This document shows positions 9,735-19,624 of a stretch of DNA of 64,000 nucleotides, piece after piece. Numbering within the stretch: the stretch's first letter is position 1; each line of letters begins with the position of its first letter. The notes under the pieces are model-generated. The model searched no databases, was not told where the DNA came from, and was given only the letters and a program-made list of their open reading frames with translations. This DNA comes from an uncultured Candidatus Rokubacteria bacterium. GTDB lineage: Bacteria; Methylomirabilota; Methylomirabilia; Rokubacteriales; DASRDR01. The position numbers and the translations under genes are program-made. Location: assembly GCA_963708025.1 (NCBI GenBank), contig CAVPSB010000002.1, forward strand, positions 32,001 through 96,000, in the 5' to 3' direction.

Positions 9735-11569
9735 ATGTGGGTCCAGGCCCTCAAGCGGGTCCTGCTCGGCACGCCGATTCCCACCAGCCTGGCCAAGCAC
9801 GAGCGGCTCTCCCGCGTCACCGGGCTGGCCGTCTTCGCCTCCGACGCCCTCTCGTCGGTGGCGTACGCGACCGAGGAAATCCTGCTCATCCTCGTGCTGG
9901 CGGGAACGGCCGCGCTGTACCTCTCGGTTCCGATCGGGCTCGGGATCGCCGCGCTCATCGCCATCGTCGTGAGCTCGTACCGGCAAACCATCCTCGCCTA
10001 TCCGCAGGGCGGGGGAGCCTACATCGTGACCCGGGAGAACCTGGGCCGGTACCCCAGCCTGATCGCGGGCGGCGCGCTCCTGATCGACTACGTGCTCACG
10101 GTGGCGGTCAGCATCGCCGCCGGCATCGCCGCCATCACCTCGGCGGTCCCCGCCCTCTATCCCTATCGAGTCTGGCTCTGCGTCCTGGGGGTCGTTCTCA
10201 TCTCCATCGGCAACCTGCGCGGGGTGCGGGAGTCGGGGAAGCTCTTCGCCACGCCGACCTACCTCTTCGTGGGCGCTTACGCGCTGATGATCGGCTGGGG
10301 CGGGGTGGCCTGGCTCACCGGCGGGGCGGGCGGCCCCGGCGCGGGCCCACCCGGGACCGGGGGGCCCGACGCCCAGCAGCTGACGCTCTTCCTGGCGCTC
10401 CGGGCCTTCGCCTCGGGGTGCGCCGCCCTGACCGGGATCGAGGCGGTCTCCGACGGCGTGCCGGCCTTCCAGCCACCCGGAGGCGCGGAATGCGCGGGCC
10501 GTGCTCGTCTGGCTCGGCGTCATCCTGATCGCGCTCTTCCTCGGGATCACGTTCCTGACCCACCACTTCGCGATCCTCCCGGTCGAGGGCGAGACCGTGA
10601 CCTCGCAGCTGGCCCGGCGGGTCTTCGGGGACAGCTTCTTCTACTACTTCGTCCAGGCGGTGACGACCCTCATCCTGGTCCTGGCCGCCAACACCAGCTT
10701 CGCCGACTTCCCGCGGCTGGCCTTCTTCATGGCCCGCGACCGCTTCATGCCGCGGCAGTTCGCCAACCGCGGGCGATCGCCTCGCCTATCTCGAACGGCA
10801 TCCTGATCCTGGCGGTCCTGAGCGCGTGCCTGCTGGTGATCTTCCAGGGCGACACCCACGCGCTGATCCCGCTCTACGCGGTGGGCGTCTTCGTCTCGTT
10901 CACGCTGTCCCAGTCCAGCATGGTGCGCTACTGGCTCCGGCTCCGGACGCCGCTGCTGGCCCATGCGGGCCGCGCTGAACGGGGTGGGCGCGGCGGCGAC
11001 CGGGCTGGTGATGCTCGTCATCGCGACGACCAAGTTCACCCACGGGGCCTGGATCGTCATCGCTCCTGATCCCTTGCCTGGTCTTTCTCTTCCTCGCCAT
11101 CCACCGGCACTACGAGGACGTCGCGCTCCAGCTTTCTGTGGAGAACGCCGAGCCCCACCGGCCGCCGTCGGGGCACACCGTGCTGGTGCTCGTCGGCGAC
11201 GTACACCGCGGGATGCTCCCGGCCCTGGAGTATGCCCAGGCGCTCTCGCCGAGCGCCCGCGCCGTGTACGTGGAGGTCGACTCCGACTCCACGCGTCGCC
11301 TGGAGGATCGGTGGGGCAAGTGGGGGAGCGGCGTGCCGCTGGTCGTGCTCCGGTCGCCCTATCGTTCGGTGGTCGGGACCTTCCTGGAGTACCTCGATCA
11401 CCTCCAGCGGCAGGCGCCCGATCAGCTCATCACGATCATCCTGCCGGAGTTCGTGCCGGCGCGGTGGTGGCAGCACCTGCTGCACAACCAGACCGCGCTC
11501 CTGATCAAGGGCGCGCTCCTCTTCCGGAAGGGTGTGATCGTGACCAGCGTCCCCTACCACCTCAAATAG
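9735..11569 (+). pseudogene. APC-family KimA/YdaO-like K+ transporter, split by several frameshifts (probably sequencing errors)
   Basis: FASDALSSVAYATEEIL, YPQGGGAY, GCAALTGIEAVSDGVPAF, LAANTSFADFPRL, LIPLYAVGVF and PEFVPARWWQHLLHNQTAL lie in different frames, with shifts near 10475, 10770-10790, 10950 and 11060-11080. Confidence 0.85.
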
Positions 11570-12634
11570 CCTGACCCCCGGCGGGGTAGAAGAGGGCGTC
11601 GCGGAGCACGACGCCGATCGGCTCGCCCTCGGGCACCGCGCGGGTCGCGGTGGCGACGAGGTCGTGCGGGCCCAGCCGGATCCGGTACTCGAAGAACTCG
11701 CCGCGGTAGACGCGGGCGACGACCCGAGCCGGCATTCCGGTCCCGGGCGCCTCCAGCTCGACCCGGGCCGGCCGCACCGCGAGTACTCCGGCGCCGGTCC
11801 CGCCGGGAGGCACGCGGGCCTCGATGATCGGCCCCTCGGGCACCGCGGTCAGTCGGGCCCGCCCCGGACCAGCCACCTCGGCGGGGAGGAAGCCGACATA
11901 ACCCAGGAACTCGGCGACGAAGCGGTCGGCCGGGGTCCCGTAGACCGCTTCCGGCCGGTCGAGCTGGTGCAGCACCCCGGCGCCCATCACCGCCACCCGG
12001 TCGGCCAGCGCGAGCGCCTCGTCCTGGTCGTGGGTGACATAGAGAATGGCGGTCCCCACCCGCCGCTGGATCGCCTTCAGCTCGACGCGCATCTCCTGGC
12101 GCAGGCGGGCGTCGAGGTTCGAGAGCGGCTCGTCGAGAAGCAGCACGGCAGGCTCGGCGGCCAGCGCCCGGGCCAGCGCCACGCGCTGCTGCTGCCCGCC
12201 CGAGAGCTGGTGGGGATAGCGAGGGCCGAGCCCGTCCAGGCGCGTCAGCTCGAGGAGCGCCGCCACCCGCCGGGCGCGCTCGGCCGCCGGCACCCGCCGG
12301 AGCCGGAGCGGGTAGGCGACGTTCTGGACGACGGTCATGTGGGGCCACACGGCGTAGGTCTGGAAGACCATGCCGACGCGCCGGGCCTCGGGGGGAGGAA
12401 GACGGCACGGCGCGGCGCCGAGACGGTCACACCGCCGATCCGGATCTCGCCGGCCGATGGGTGCTCGAAGCCGGCCACCATCCGGAGCGTCGTCGTCTTG
12501 CCGCAACCCGACGGTCCCAGGATGGCGACGAACGCGCCGGGCGGCACGGTCAGCGTCACCCCGCGCACGGCGGCCGTCTCGCCGAAGCGCTTCTCGACGG
12601 CCTCCAGCTCGACGGCGTTCGGCCCCTCGCTCAC
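11562..12634 (-). CDS. ABC transporter ATP-binding protein (Fe3+/polyamine type), frameshifted near 12385-12430
   Basis: GTG 12634 overlaps the permease stop. Walker A GPSGCGKTT is in one frame; [15 protein letters not shown] and LLLDEPLSNLD are in another. Confidence 0.88.
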
Positions 12635-14316
12635 GCGTCCCGCACCGCCGGCGCCCCGGCCAGGTACCGCGCCACGAAGTGCCCGGCCAGCGAGACGGCG
12701 ACGATGAGCGTGGCCAGCGCCGCCGAGAGGAGGACCTTCCCCTCCTCGTGGAGATTGAAGGCCATCACGCCGATCGTCTCGTTGCCGGCCGACCACAGGA
12801 TGACGGAGAGCGTGAGCTCGGTCAGCGCCGGCACCGCCGCCAGGACCCAGGCGGCGAGCAGGCCCGACCGGAGGAGCGGCACCGTCACGTCGGCGAGGGT
12901 CCGCCCCAGCGACGCGCCCGAGACCCGCGCGGCTTCCTCCAGCACCGGGTGGAGCTGCGCGAGCGCCGCCGCCACCGGCCGGAGGGCCAGGGCCAGGAAG
13001 CGCGCGATGTAGGCGATCAGGATGATCCAGAAGGTGTTGTAGAGGCGGAGCCCGAAGACCGGCCGCAGGAACGCCAGCACGATGGCGAGCGCCAGCACCG
13101 TCCCCGGCACGGCGAAGGGGAGCGTCACCAGGGTCTCCAGGAGGCCGCCCCCTCGCACCCGCCGCCGCTCGCGCAGATAGGCCACGGCCAGAGCGAGGAC
13201 CACGCACACCGTGGCCGCCGAGGCCGCCAGCAGCAGGCTGTTCCGCGCCGCCCGCCAGACCGCCGGCAGCTGGAAGAGGAGGAGGCGGAAGTTCTCGAGG
13301 CCGAGGTTGTCCACCGAGAGCGGGCGGCCGTAAGCGCGCGTGAGGGCGGTCAGCACGACGGCGGCCAGCGGGATCGCCGACGTCAGCACCAGGAAGAGCA
13401 CCACCCCGGCGCCGCACCAGCCACGAGCGCGGCCGAGCGGGACGATGGGGGCCCGCCCGCGGCCGGTCATCACCGCGAAGCCGCGCTCGCCGAACCACCA
13501 GCGCTGGAGCGCGAGGGCCGCCCCGGCGACAGCGACCAGGAGGAGGGACAGGGCGGCGGCCAGGTGGAGGTTGTACGGCCGGTCGAAGTCGAGGACGGTG
13601 GCGTAGATCTTGGTGGCGAGCACGAAGTACCGGGCCGGGAAGCCGAGGATCGCCGGCGTGCCGAACTCGGCCATGGCGGAGAGGAACACGAGCGTCATGC
13701 CGGCTGCGATGCTCGGGCCCACCAGGGGCAGCGTCACGTCCCGCACCGTCCGCCACGGCCCGGCCCCGGCGCTGCGGGCGGCTTCCTCGAGGGCCGGGTC
13801 CACGCGATCCAGGCCCGCCAGCACCGTGAGATAGGCGATGGGGTACTTGTAGAGGGTCATCGCCAGCACGATGCCGCCGCTGCCGTAGATCCCGACCAGG
13901 GGCTCGGCGCTCCCGGAGAACGCCATCCACGCCTGGTTCAGGAGCCCGGCCGGGCCGAGCACGTAGAGGAGCGCCATGGCGCCGATGAACGGCGGCACCA
14001 GGTAGGGGACGATCAGCAGCCCCTGGAAAGCGGTCCGCGCGGGCAGGTCGGTCCGGCCCACGAGGAGGGCGAGCGCCGTCCCCAGCGTGCCGGCCAGCAC
14101 GGTGGTCCACGCCGACACGGCGAGGGTGTTGCGGAAGACGCGCCACGTGTCGGGGTCGGCCAGCACCGCGCCGAGGTTCGCGAGGCTGGGAAGGGTGTCG
14201 CGGGAGACGCCGTACCAGGCGAGTACGAGCGCGGGGTAGCATACCGCTCCCGCCAGGACGGCGGCCACCGGGGCGAGGGGGACGAGCGTGCCGAGCGGAA
14301 AGGGGTGGGCCCTCAG
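12631..14316 (-). CDS. ABC transporter permease (iron/thiamine-like); start probably CTG 14316 (or GTG 14268)
   Basis: Two EAA loops (LEEAARSAGA, LEEAARVSGA). An in-frame CTG follows a GGGAGGT SD supplied by repeat A. Confidence 0.88.
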   Translation of the reverse strand: MRAHPFPLGTLVPLAPVAAVLAGAVCYPALVLAWYGVSRDTLPSLANLGAVLADPDTWRVFRNTLAVSAWTTVLAGTLGTALALLVGRTDLPARTAFQGLLIVPYLVPPFIGAMALLYVLGPAGLLNQAWMAFSGSAEPLVGIYGSGGIVLAMTLYKYPIAYLTVLAGLDRVDPALEEAARSAGAGPWRTVRDVTLPLVGPSIAAGMTLVFLSAMAEFGTPAILGFPARYFVLATKIYATVLDFDRPYNLHLAAALSLLLVAVAGAALALQRWWFGERGFAVMTGRGRAPIVPLGRARGWCGAGVVLFLVLTSAIPLAAVVLTALTRAYGRPLSVDNLGLENFRLLLFQLPAVWRAARNSLLLAASAATVCVVLALAVAYLRERRRVRGGGLLETLVTLPFAVPGTVLALAIVLAFLRPVFGLRLYNTFWIILIAYIARFLALALRPVAAALAQLHPVLEEAARVSGASLGRTLADVTVPLLRSGLLAAWVLAAVPALTELTLSVILWSAGNETIGVMAFNLHEEGKVLLSAALATLIVAVSLAGHFVARYLAGAPAVRDA

Positions 14317-14408
14317 TTGGGAACCTCCCGCCTACCCCCCCACCCCCCCTCCCCCACCCACTGGGGGGAGGGGGGCGCCGGAGTCACCCATTCCTTTCGG
14401 GCGGTCAC
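14313..14408 (-). repeat. Repeat family A, copy 2
   Basis: GTGA-ccgcccgaaaggaatgggtgactccggcgccccctccccc...gggtgggggagggggg...gggtaggcgggaggttcccaa-CTGA. Confidence 0.85.
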
Positions 14409-15394
14409 TTGGCTTCGAACAGCTCGCGGTACTTCGCCTTCAGCTCCTCGCGGTGAGTGGCGATGTAGCCCTCGTCGGTCTGCAGGATGTCGAGCGCCTC
14501 GGCCGGCATGCCCTTCGGCCCCTCGATGCCCGGGAGGACCGATATGTAACCCTGCTGGACGAACAGGCGCTGGCCGTCGGAGGAGTAGAGGTAGCGCAGG
14601 AAGGCCTGGGCCGCCGCCACGTTCCGCGATCCCTGGACGATCCCGATGGGCGTTGGGATCAGGATGGCGCCCTCCCGCGGCCAGACGTGGTCGACCGGCG
14701 AGCCCTTCGCCTTCATGTCCCGGAGGAAGAAGTCGACGACGGAAGCGACCTGGAACTCACCGGTGGCCAGCTTCTGGGCCACGGTGCCGTTCGACTGCTC
14801 GACGACGGCCCCGTTGTCCTTGAGCCGGCGGAAGAAATCCCACCCGAAGCCGGGATGGGGAACGAGGGTGCCGAGGGTGGAGAAGGCGGCGCCGGAATAG
14901 AAGGGGCTGGCCATGCCGATCTTGCCCTTGAACCGGGGGTCCGCGAGGTCCTTCCAAGAGGTGGGCCGCTCCTTCACCCGCAGCGTGTTGTAACCGACCG
15001 TGTTGAAGATCAGGCGCACCTCGTGATAGCGGCCGCCCTCGTAGCGGAACTTGGCCGGCGCGCGCTCGGCCTCGGGCGGGGTGTACGCCTGGAGCAGGTT
15101 CTTCCGGGCGAGCTGGGCGAAGAAGTCGACGTCGGCCATCCAGATGAGGTCGGCCTGGATGGCGGCCGCCTGGATCTCGGCCTGAAGCTTCCCGATGACG
15201 ACCTGGGTGCCCGAGCGGTAGATGTTGACGGTGGTCCCCGGCTGCCGCTTCTCGAAGTCGGCCTTCATCTCGTTGACCTTGTCCAGTGACTCCGAGGTGT
15301 AGAGGGTCAGCGTGCCCTGGGCGGCGGCGGGGCCCGCTCCCGCCAGGAGCGCGGTCCCCAGGCACAAGAGCAGCAAGACGCGTGACAGGCTCAT
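14405..15394 (-). CDS. ABC transporter substrate-binding protein (AfuA-like)
   Basis: Signal peptide, GTLTLYTS, PTSWKDLADPRFKGKI, WPREGAILIPTPI. Confidence 0.88.
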   Translation of the reverse strand: MSLSRVLLLLCLGTALLAGAGPAAAQGTLTLYTSESLDKVNEMKADFEKRQPGTTVNIYRSGTQVVIGKLQAEIQAAAIQADLIWMADVDFFAQLARKNLLQAYTPPEAERAPAKFRYEGGRYHEVRLIFNTVGYNTLRVKERPTSWKDLADPRFKGKIGMASPFYSGAAFSTLGTLVPHPGFGWDFFRRLKDNGAVVEQSNGTVAQKLATGEFQVASVVDFFLRDMKAKGSPVDHVWPREGAILIPTPIGIVQGSRNVAAAQAFLRYLYSSDGQRLFVQQGYISVLPGIEGPKGMPAEALDILQTDEGYIATHREELKAKYRELFEAK

Positions 15395-15550
15395 CGGATG
15401 CACCTCTCGTCCTCGCGCCGGTCGGCTACGCGGCGGCGCGACGCTCTCGGCGGGAGACTTGGCGAAGCCTCGCAGATGCCATGGGAAGCTCCGTATGCTA
15501 GACTCGAAGGTCGGTTGACGCGGCGCGATTCCGCCGCACGATATCAAAGA

Positions 15551-16492
15551 ATGCTCAGCACATCAAACGGCGGAGCGCGACTCTCGCTCCGACCGGATCC
15601 GCCGCTCGATTTCGATCTGACCCTGCAGCGCTACCGCCTCTGGGGGATCGACCCGGCCAACGTCTACGTGGACGGCGCCTTCCATCGGGTGGCCCGGGCC
15701 GGCGCAGCGGTGGTGCCGTTCAGGCTCACGGCGTCGGGGTCGGCCGACCGGCCGGCGGTGACGGTGACCTTCGTGGGCCCGGACACGCCGGAGCGCCGCC
15801 AGGCGGTGCGGGCCGAGAGCCGGCGCCTCCTGGGTCTGGACGCCGACCTCGGCGGTTTCTACGCGCGCGCGGCCGGCGATCCCGTCCTGGCCCGGCTCGT
15901 GGAGCCGCTCTTCGGGCTCCGGCCGTCCGTCACGCCCGATCCCTTCGAGATGCTGGTCGGCGCGATCGCGGCCCAGCAGGTCAACCTGACCTTCGCCTTC
16001 GCCACCCGCGCCCGGCTCGTGCGCCGCTTCGGCGAGCCGTGGACGATCGACGGCGTCACCGTCCACGCGTTCCCCTTGCCAGAGGCCGTCGCCGGGGCCG
16101 ACGTCGCCACGCTCCGGGCGATGCAGTTCTCGACGCGGAAGGCCGAGTACCTGATCGGCCTGGCTGGGGCCGTCGCCGACGGCAAGCTGGACCTCGCCGG
16201 CCTGGCCCACGTGCCGGATGACGAGGTGATCGCCCGCCTGACGGCGCTCCGGGGCCTGGGCCGGTGGACCGCGGAGTGGTTCCTGGCCCGCGGGCTCGGC
16301 CGTCCCGACGTCTGCCCGGCCGGGGACCTCGGGGTGCGCCGCGCCGTCGAGGCGCTCTGCTTCCGCGGTCGGGCCTGCGACACTGCGCGCGTGCGGCGGC
16401 GCGCGCTCGCCTGGCGGCCCTACCGGAGCCTGGCGGTGCACTACCTGCTGGCGGGGCTGCGCCGGGCCCGCGCGGCGGCGGCGGCCCAATGA
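15551..16492 (+). CDS. alkA: DNA-3-methyladenine glycosylase II (AlkA, HhH-GPD family)
   Basis: DPFEMLVGAIAAQQV; HhH LTALRGLGRWTAE; PAGDLGV; WRPYRS. Confidence 0.85.
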   Translation: MLSTSNGGARLSLRPDPPLDFDLTLQRYRLWGIDPANVYVDGAFHRVARAGAAVVPFRLTASGSADRPAVTVTFVGPDTPERRQAVRAESRRLLGLDADLGGFYARAAGDPVLARLVEPLFGLRPSVTPDPFEMLVGAIAAQQVNLTFAFATRARLVRRFGEPWTIDGVTVHAFPLPEAVAGADVATLRAMQFSTRKAEYLIGLAGAVADGKLDLAGLAHVPDDEVIARLTALRGLGRWTAEWFLARGLGRPDVCPAGDLGVRRAVEALCFRGRACDTARVRRRALAWRPYRSLAVHYLLAGLRRARAAAAAQ

Positions 16493-16652
16493 GCCATTCT
16501 GGGTCAGCCCTGTCGCCCCACCGACCTCGCGCTGCGTCGGGACTGCGGGCCGCCTCCCCTCCCCCCGTCCAAAGGCCGGAGGCCGTCGACTGGTGGGGAG
16601 GGGTCGCCAAAGGCCGAAGGCCGTCAATGGGTGGGGGTGGACCCGAATGAGC
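16488..16652 (+). repeat. Repeat family A (subtype with 21-bp modules), copy 3
   Basis: Flanked by an AATGAGC direct repeat; shares ccgacctcg...cgtcggga.tgcggg and aggccgaaggccgtc with the 42722 copy. Confidence 0.85.
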
Positions 16653-16988
16653 GCTTCGAAGGGCCTGCTGCCGATCATCGGGCCCGATCCCAACGCGCCG
16701 CGCGACGTGCACCTGGTCGGCCGCTATGCGCTGGGGGTCGACTGGCAGGACGGCCACTCGAGCATCTTTCCCTTCGACCTCTTGCGCGAAGCCTGTCCGT
16801 GTGAGGCCTGTCGGGCGCCGACGGCGGCGGCCGGCCCGCCGAGCGAGGCGCAGAGCTGGCCGGTCGAGATCAAGAAGGCGGGGACCGGGCTCCGGATCCG
16901 CTGGCAGGACGATCATGTGAGCTCGTTCGGCGGCCGGGATCTGCGCGAGCGCTGCCGCTGCGCCAGCTGCACGACGGGGAGCCGATGA
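16647..16988 (+). CDS. Tandem DUF971 (GBBH N-terminal-like) protein
   Basis: Two units of W-QD-x-H-x-S...LRExCxCxxC (CPCEAC; CRCASC). Confidence 0.8.
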   Translation: MSASKGLLPIIGPDPNAPRDVHLVGRYALGVDWQDGHSSIFPFDLLREACPCEACRAPTAAAGPPSEAQSWPVEIKKAGTGLRIRWQDDHVSSFGGRDLRERCRCASCTTGSR

Positions 16989-18592
16989 GGTCGCCCGGGG
17001 GCCCGCCAGCGCGGTCGGCGCTCGAGGCCGGGCTGCGGGAGGGGCCGGCCGCCGCAGGTACTCCCCCGCGGCGCGCCATCGTCTTCGGGGTGATGCTCGG
17101 TCTCTTCCTCGGCGCGATGGAGTCCACCGCGGTCGCGACGGCGATGCCGACGGTGATCGCGACCCTGGGCGGGCTGTCGGTCTATTCCTGGGTCTTCTCA
17201 GGCTACATCCTGGCGGCCACCATCGCGATGCCGCTGTGGGGCAAGGCGGCCGACCTCTATGGTCGGCGGGCGGCGTACCTGGCGGGGCTCGCGATCTTCC
17301 TGGGCGGGTCCATCCTCTCCGGCCTGGCCACGTCGATGACGGGGCTCATCGTCTTCCGCACGATCCAGGGCGCCGGCGGCGGGGCCCTGATCCCGCTCGG
17401 CCACACCATCATCGCCGACCTCTACGGGCTCGAGCGGCGCGCCAAGATGCAAGGCTACTTCTCCTCCACCTGGGGCCTCGCCTCCATCGTGGGTCCGCTC
17501 ATCGGCGGCTTCCTGACCGACCACGCCTCCTGGCGCTGGGTGTTCTTCGTCAACGTGCCGTTCGGCCTCCTGGCCGGCGGCGTCCTCGGCTGGGCGCTCG
17601 GCGGCGGCGGCCGGCGGGCCGGGCGCGTGCAGGTCGACCTCAAGGGCGCCGCGCTCCTCACCGGCGGCCTGGCCGCGTTGCTGGTGGCGCTGGTCGAAGG
17701 AGGGCGGAGCGGGACCGGCCTCGACATGACGCACGGGGCCTTGCTGGCGCTGGCCGGCCTGCTGCTGGCCGCCTTCGTCCTGTGGGAGCGCCGTGCCCCC
17801 GAGCCGCTCCTGCCGCTTCGGCTCTTCGCCAACCGGATGTTCCGGGCGGCGGCCGTCACCGGCCTCCTGGTCGGGATGGCGATGTTCGGCACGATCTCCT
17901 TCGTCCCGCTCTTCGTCCAGGGCGTGCTGGGGGGCTCCGCGACCGAGGCCGGCACCGCGCTGACCCCGTTCGTGCTGGGCTGGGTCACGTTCTCCGTCAT
18001 CTCGTCACGGCTCCTGCTGAAGGTGGGGTACCGGTGGCCAGTCCTGGCCGGCATGGTCTGCCTGGCTCTGGCCTTCCTGCTCCTGAGCGGCATGGGGCCC
18101 GGCACGACGTGGTGGGTGGTGGCCCGGAACATGCTGCTGGCCGGCACCGGGATGGGCTTGATCATGGTGCCCCTCCTCATCGCCGTGCAGAACGCGGTGG
18201 GGAAGCGTGACCTCGGCGCCGCGACCTCGGCCACCACGTTCTTCCGGTCGATCGGGGGGGCGGTCGGGGTGGCGGTGATGGGCGCGATGCTCTCCCACGA
18301 GCTGGCCGCCCAGATCGTGCGCCTGGGCGGGCTGGCCGACGGTCTTCCGTCCGGCCAGCTCCAGGCTTTGATCGCGCATCCCGACATCATCGTGCATCCG
18401 GCGCTCCGCCTCACCCTGCCGGCGCCGGTCCTGGCGGCGTTCAGCCAGGCTCTCGCCAATGCCCTGCACGCCGTCTTTCTGGTCGGTCTCGGCATCGCGT
18501 CCCTGGCCCTCGCCTCCGCGTTCCTGGTGCCCGCCGGCCGGGCCCAGGATCTCGCCGTTGACGAGGGCCGGGTTCCTCGGCCGTCGTCCTGA
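16985..18592 (+). CDS. MFS drug-resistance transporter (14-TM, EmrB/QacA-like)
   Basis: GKAADLYGRR motif A; WRWVFFVNVPFG; EPLLPLRLF. Confidence 0.9.
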   Translation: MRSPGGPPARSALEAGLREGPAAAGTPPRRAIVFGVMLGLFLGAMESTAVATAMPTVIATLGGLSVYSWVFSGYILAATIAMPLWGKAADLYGRRAAYLAGLAIFLGGSILSGLATSMTGLIVFRTIQGAGGGALIPLGHTIIADLYGLERRAKMQGYFSSTWGLASIVGPLIGGFLTDHASWRWVFFVNVPFGLLAGGVLGWALGGGGRRAGRVQVDLKGAALLTGGLAALLVALVEGGRSGTGLDMTHGALLALAGLLLAAFVLWERRAPEPLLPLRLFANRMFRAAAVTGLLVGMAMFGTISFVPLFVQGVLGGSATEAGTALTPFVLGWVTFSVISSRLLLKVGYRWPVLAGMVCLALAFLLLSGMGPGTTWWVVARNMLLAGTGMGLIMVPLLIAVQNAVGKRDLGAATSATTFFRSIGGAVGVAVMGAMLSHELAAQIVRLGGLADGLPSGQLQALIAHPDIIVHPALRLTLPAPVLAAFSQALANALHAVFLVGLGIASLALASAFLVPAGRAQDLAVDEGRVPRPSS

Positions 18593-18617
18593 CCGCATCC
18601 CGATCGAGGAGAGCGCC

Positions 18618-19247
18618 ATGGGTCGCCCCGCTCGCGCCGCCGATCTGAAGGTCAAGCAGGAGGTCCTGATTCCCGCCCGGACCGGGGCCGGCTTCCGGAT
18701 GGAGGCTGGCGAGTTCGTCCAGGTGCTCGACGTCTCCGGCCAGCAGTGCGCGGACTTCTTCGCGTTCCGGGCCGACGACCCCCGCGAGTACCTGTCCGCC
18801 TCGCACACTCGGGTCCAGGTTGACCGGCTGTTCCCGCAGGTCAACCAATCGTTCTTCTCGAGTCTTCGCCGCCCGATGTTCCAGCTCGAGGAGGACCACT
18901 CGCCGGGCGTCCACGACATGCTGTTCGCCGCCTGCGATGCGGCCCGGTATGTCCAATACGGCGTGGGCGACCACGCCTCGTGCGCCGACAACCTGCGGGC
19001 GGCGGCGGGCAGGCTGGGCTTCGAGCCGACCCACGTTCCCCAGCCCGTGAACTTCTTCATGAACGTCGCGGTCCGCCTGGACGGGCGCTGCGAATTCGGA
19101 TCGCCGCCGACCAGCCCGGGTGACTACGTCCTGCTCAAGGCCTTCGAGGACTGCCTGGTCGTGATCTCGGCCTGCCCGCAGGAGTGGAATCCCGCCGCCA
19201 ACTACCACCCGTCGGATCTGCTGGCGCGGGTCCTGGTGGCCGCCTGA
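18618..19247 (+). CDS. DUF1989 urea carboxylase-associated family protein
   Basis: GQQCADF, GVHDMLFAACD, HASCADNL, PVNFFMNV, VISACPQ. Confidence 0.85.
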   Translation: MGRPARAADLKVKQEVLIPARTGAGFRMEAGEFVQVLDVSGQQCADFFAFRADDPREYLSASHTRVQVDRLFPQVNQSFFSSLRRPMFQLEEDHSPGVHDMLFAACDAARYVQYGVGDHASCADNLRAAAGRLGFEPTHVPQPVNFFMNVAVRLDGRCEFGSPPTSPGDYVLLKAFEDCLVVISACPQEWNPAANYHPSDLLARVLVAA

Positions 19248-19251
19248 AACC

Positions 19252-19620
19252 ATGACGTTCATCCGCGAGGTCGGCGACGACGAGCTCCGGCGCGAGAAGG
19301 CGAAGGCGCGCGAGCTGCGCCAGAGCCCGTGGTGGAAGCGACGGCTGGCCGCCGGGCGGTGCGCCTACTGCGACCGGCCGACCCCTTCGCGCGAGCTGAC
19401 GATGGACCACCGCGTCCCCCTCGTGCGGGGCGGCCGCTCGACGAAGGGCAACGTGGTGCCGGCCTGCAAGGCGTGCAACACGGCCAAGAAGTACCTCTTG
19501 CCGATCGAGTGGGAGGCGTACATCGCGCGGCTTGCCGACCCGGCGGAGTCGGAGGAGCACCCGCCGTCATTGCCCGTGCGAAAAGAATTGGACAAGCGAG
19601 CGGAGCCGGATTTAGGATGA
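19252..19620 (+). CDS. Stand-alone HNH endonuclease
   Basis: CAYC...LTMDHRVPLVRGGRSTKGNVVPACKACN. Confidence 0.9.
   Translation: MTFIREVGDDELRREKAKARELRQSPWWKRRLAAGRCAYCDRPTPSRELTMDHRVPLVRGGRSTKGNVVPACKACNTAKKYLLPIEWEAYIARLADPAESEEHPPSLPVRKELDKRAEPDLG
19589..19618 (+). promoter_or_regulatory. Putative sigma70 promoter inside the HNH 3' end
   Basis: TGGACA, N18, TAGGAT, preceded by an A-rich tract. Confidence 0.5.
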
Positions 19621-19624
19621 GACA

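Noticed and set aside
19252-19620. HNH gene as a phage, homing or defence element
   Set aside because: It is a small solo HNH with host-like composition in an operon, with no intron, methylase or phage genes nearby.
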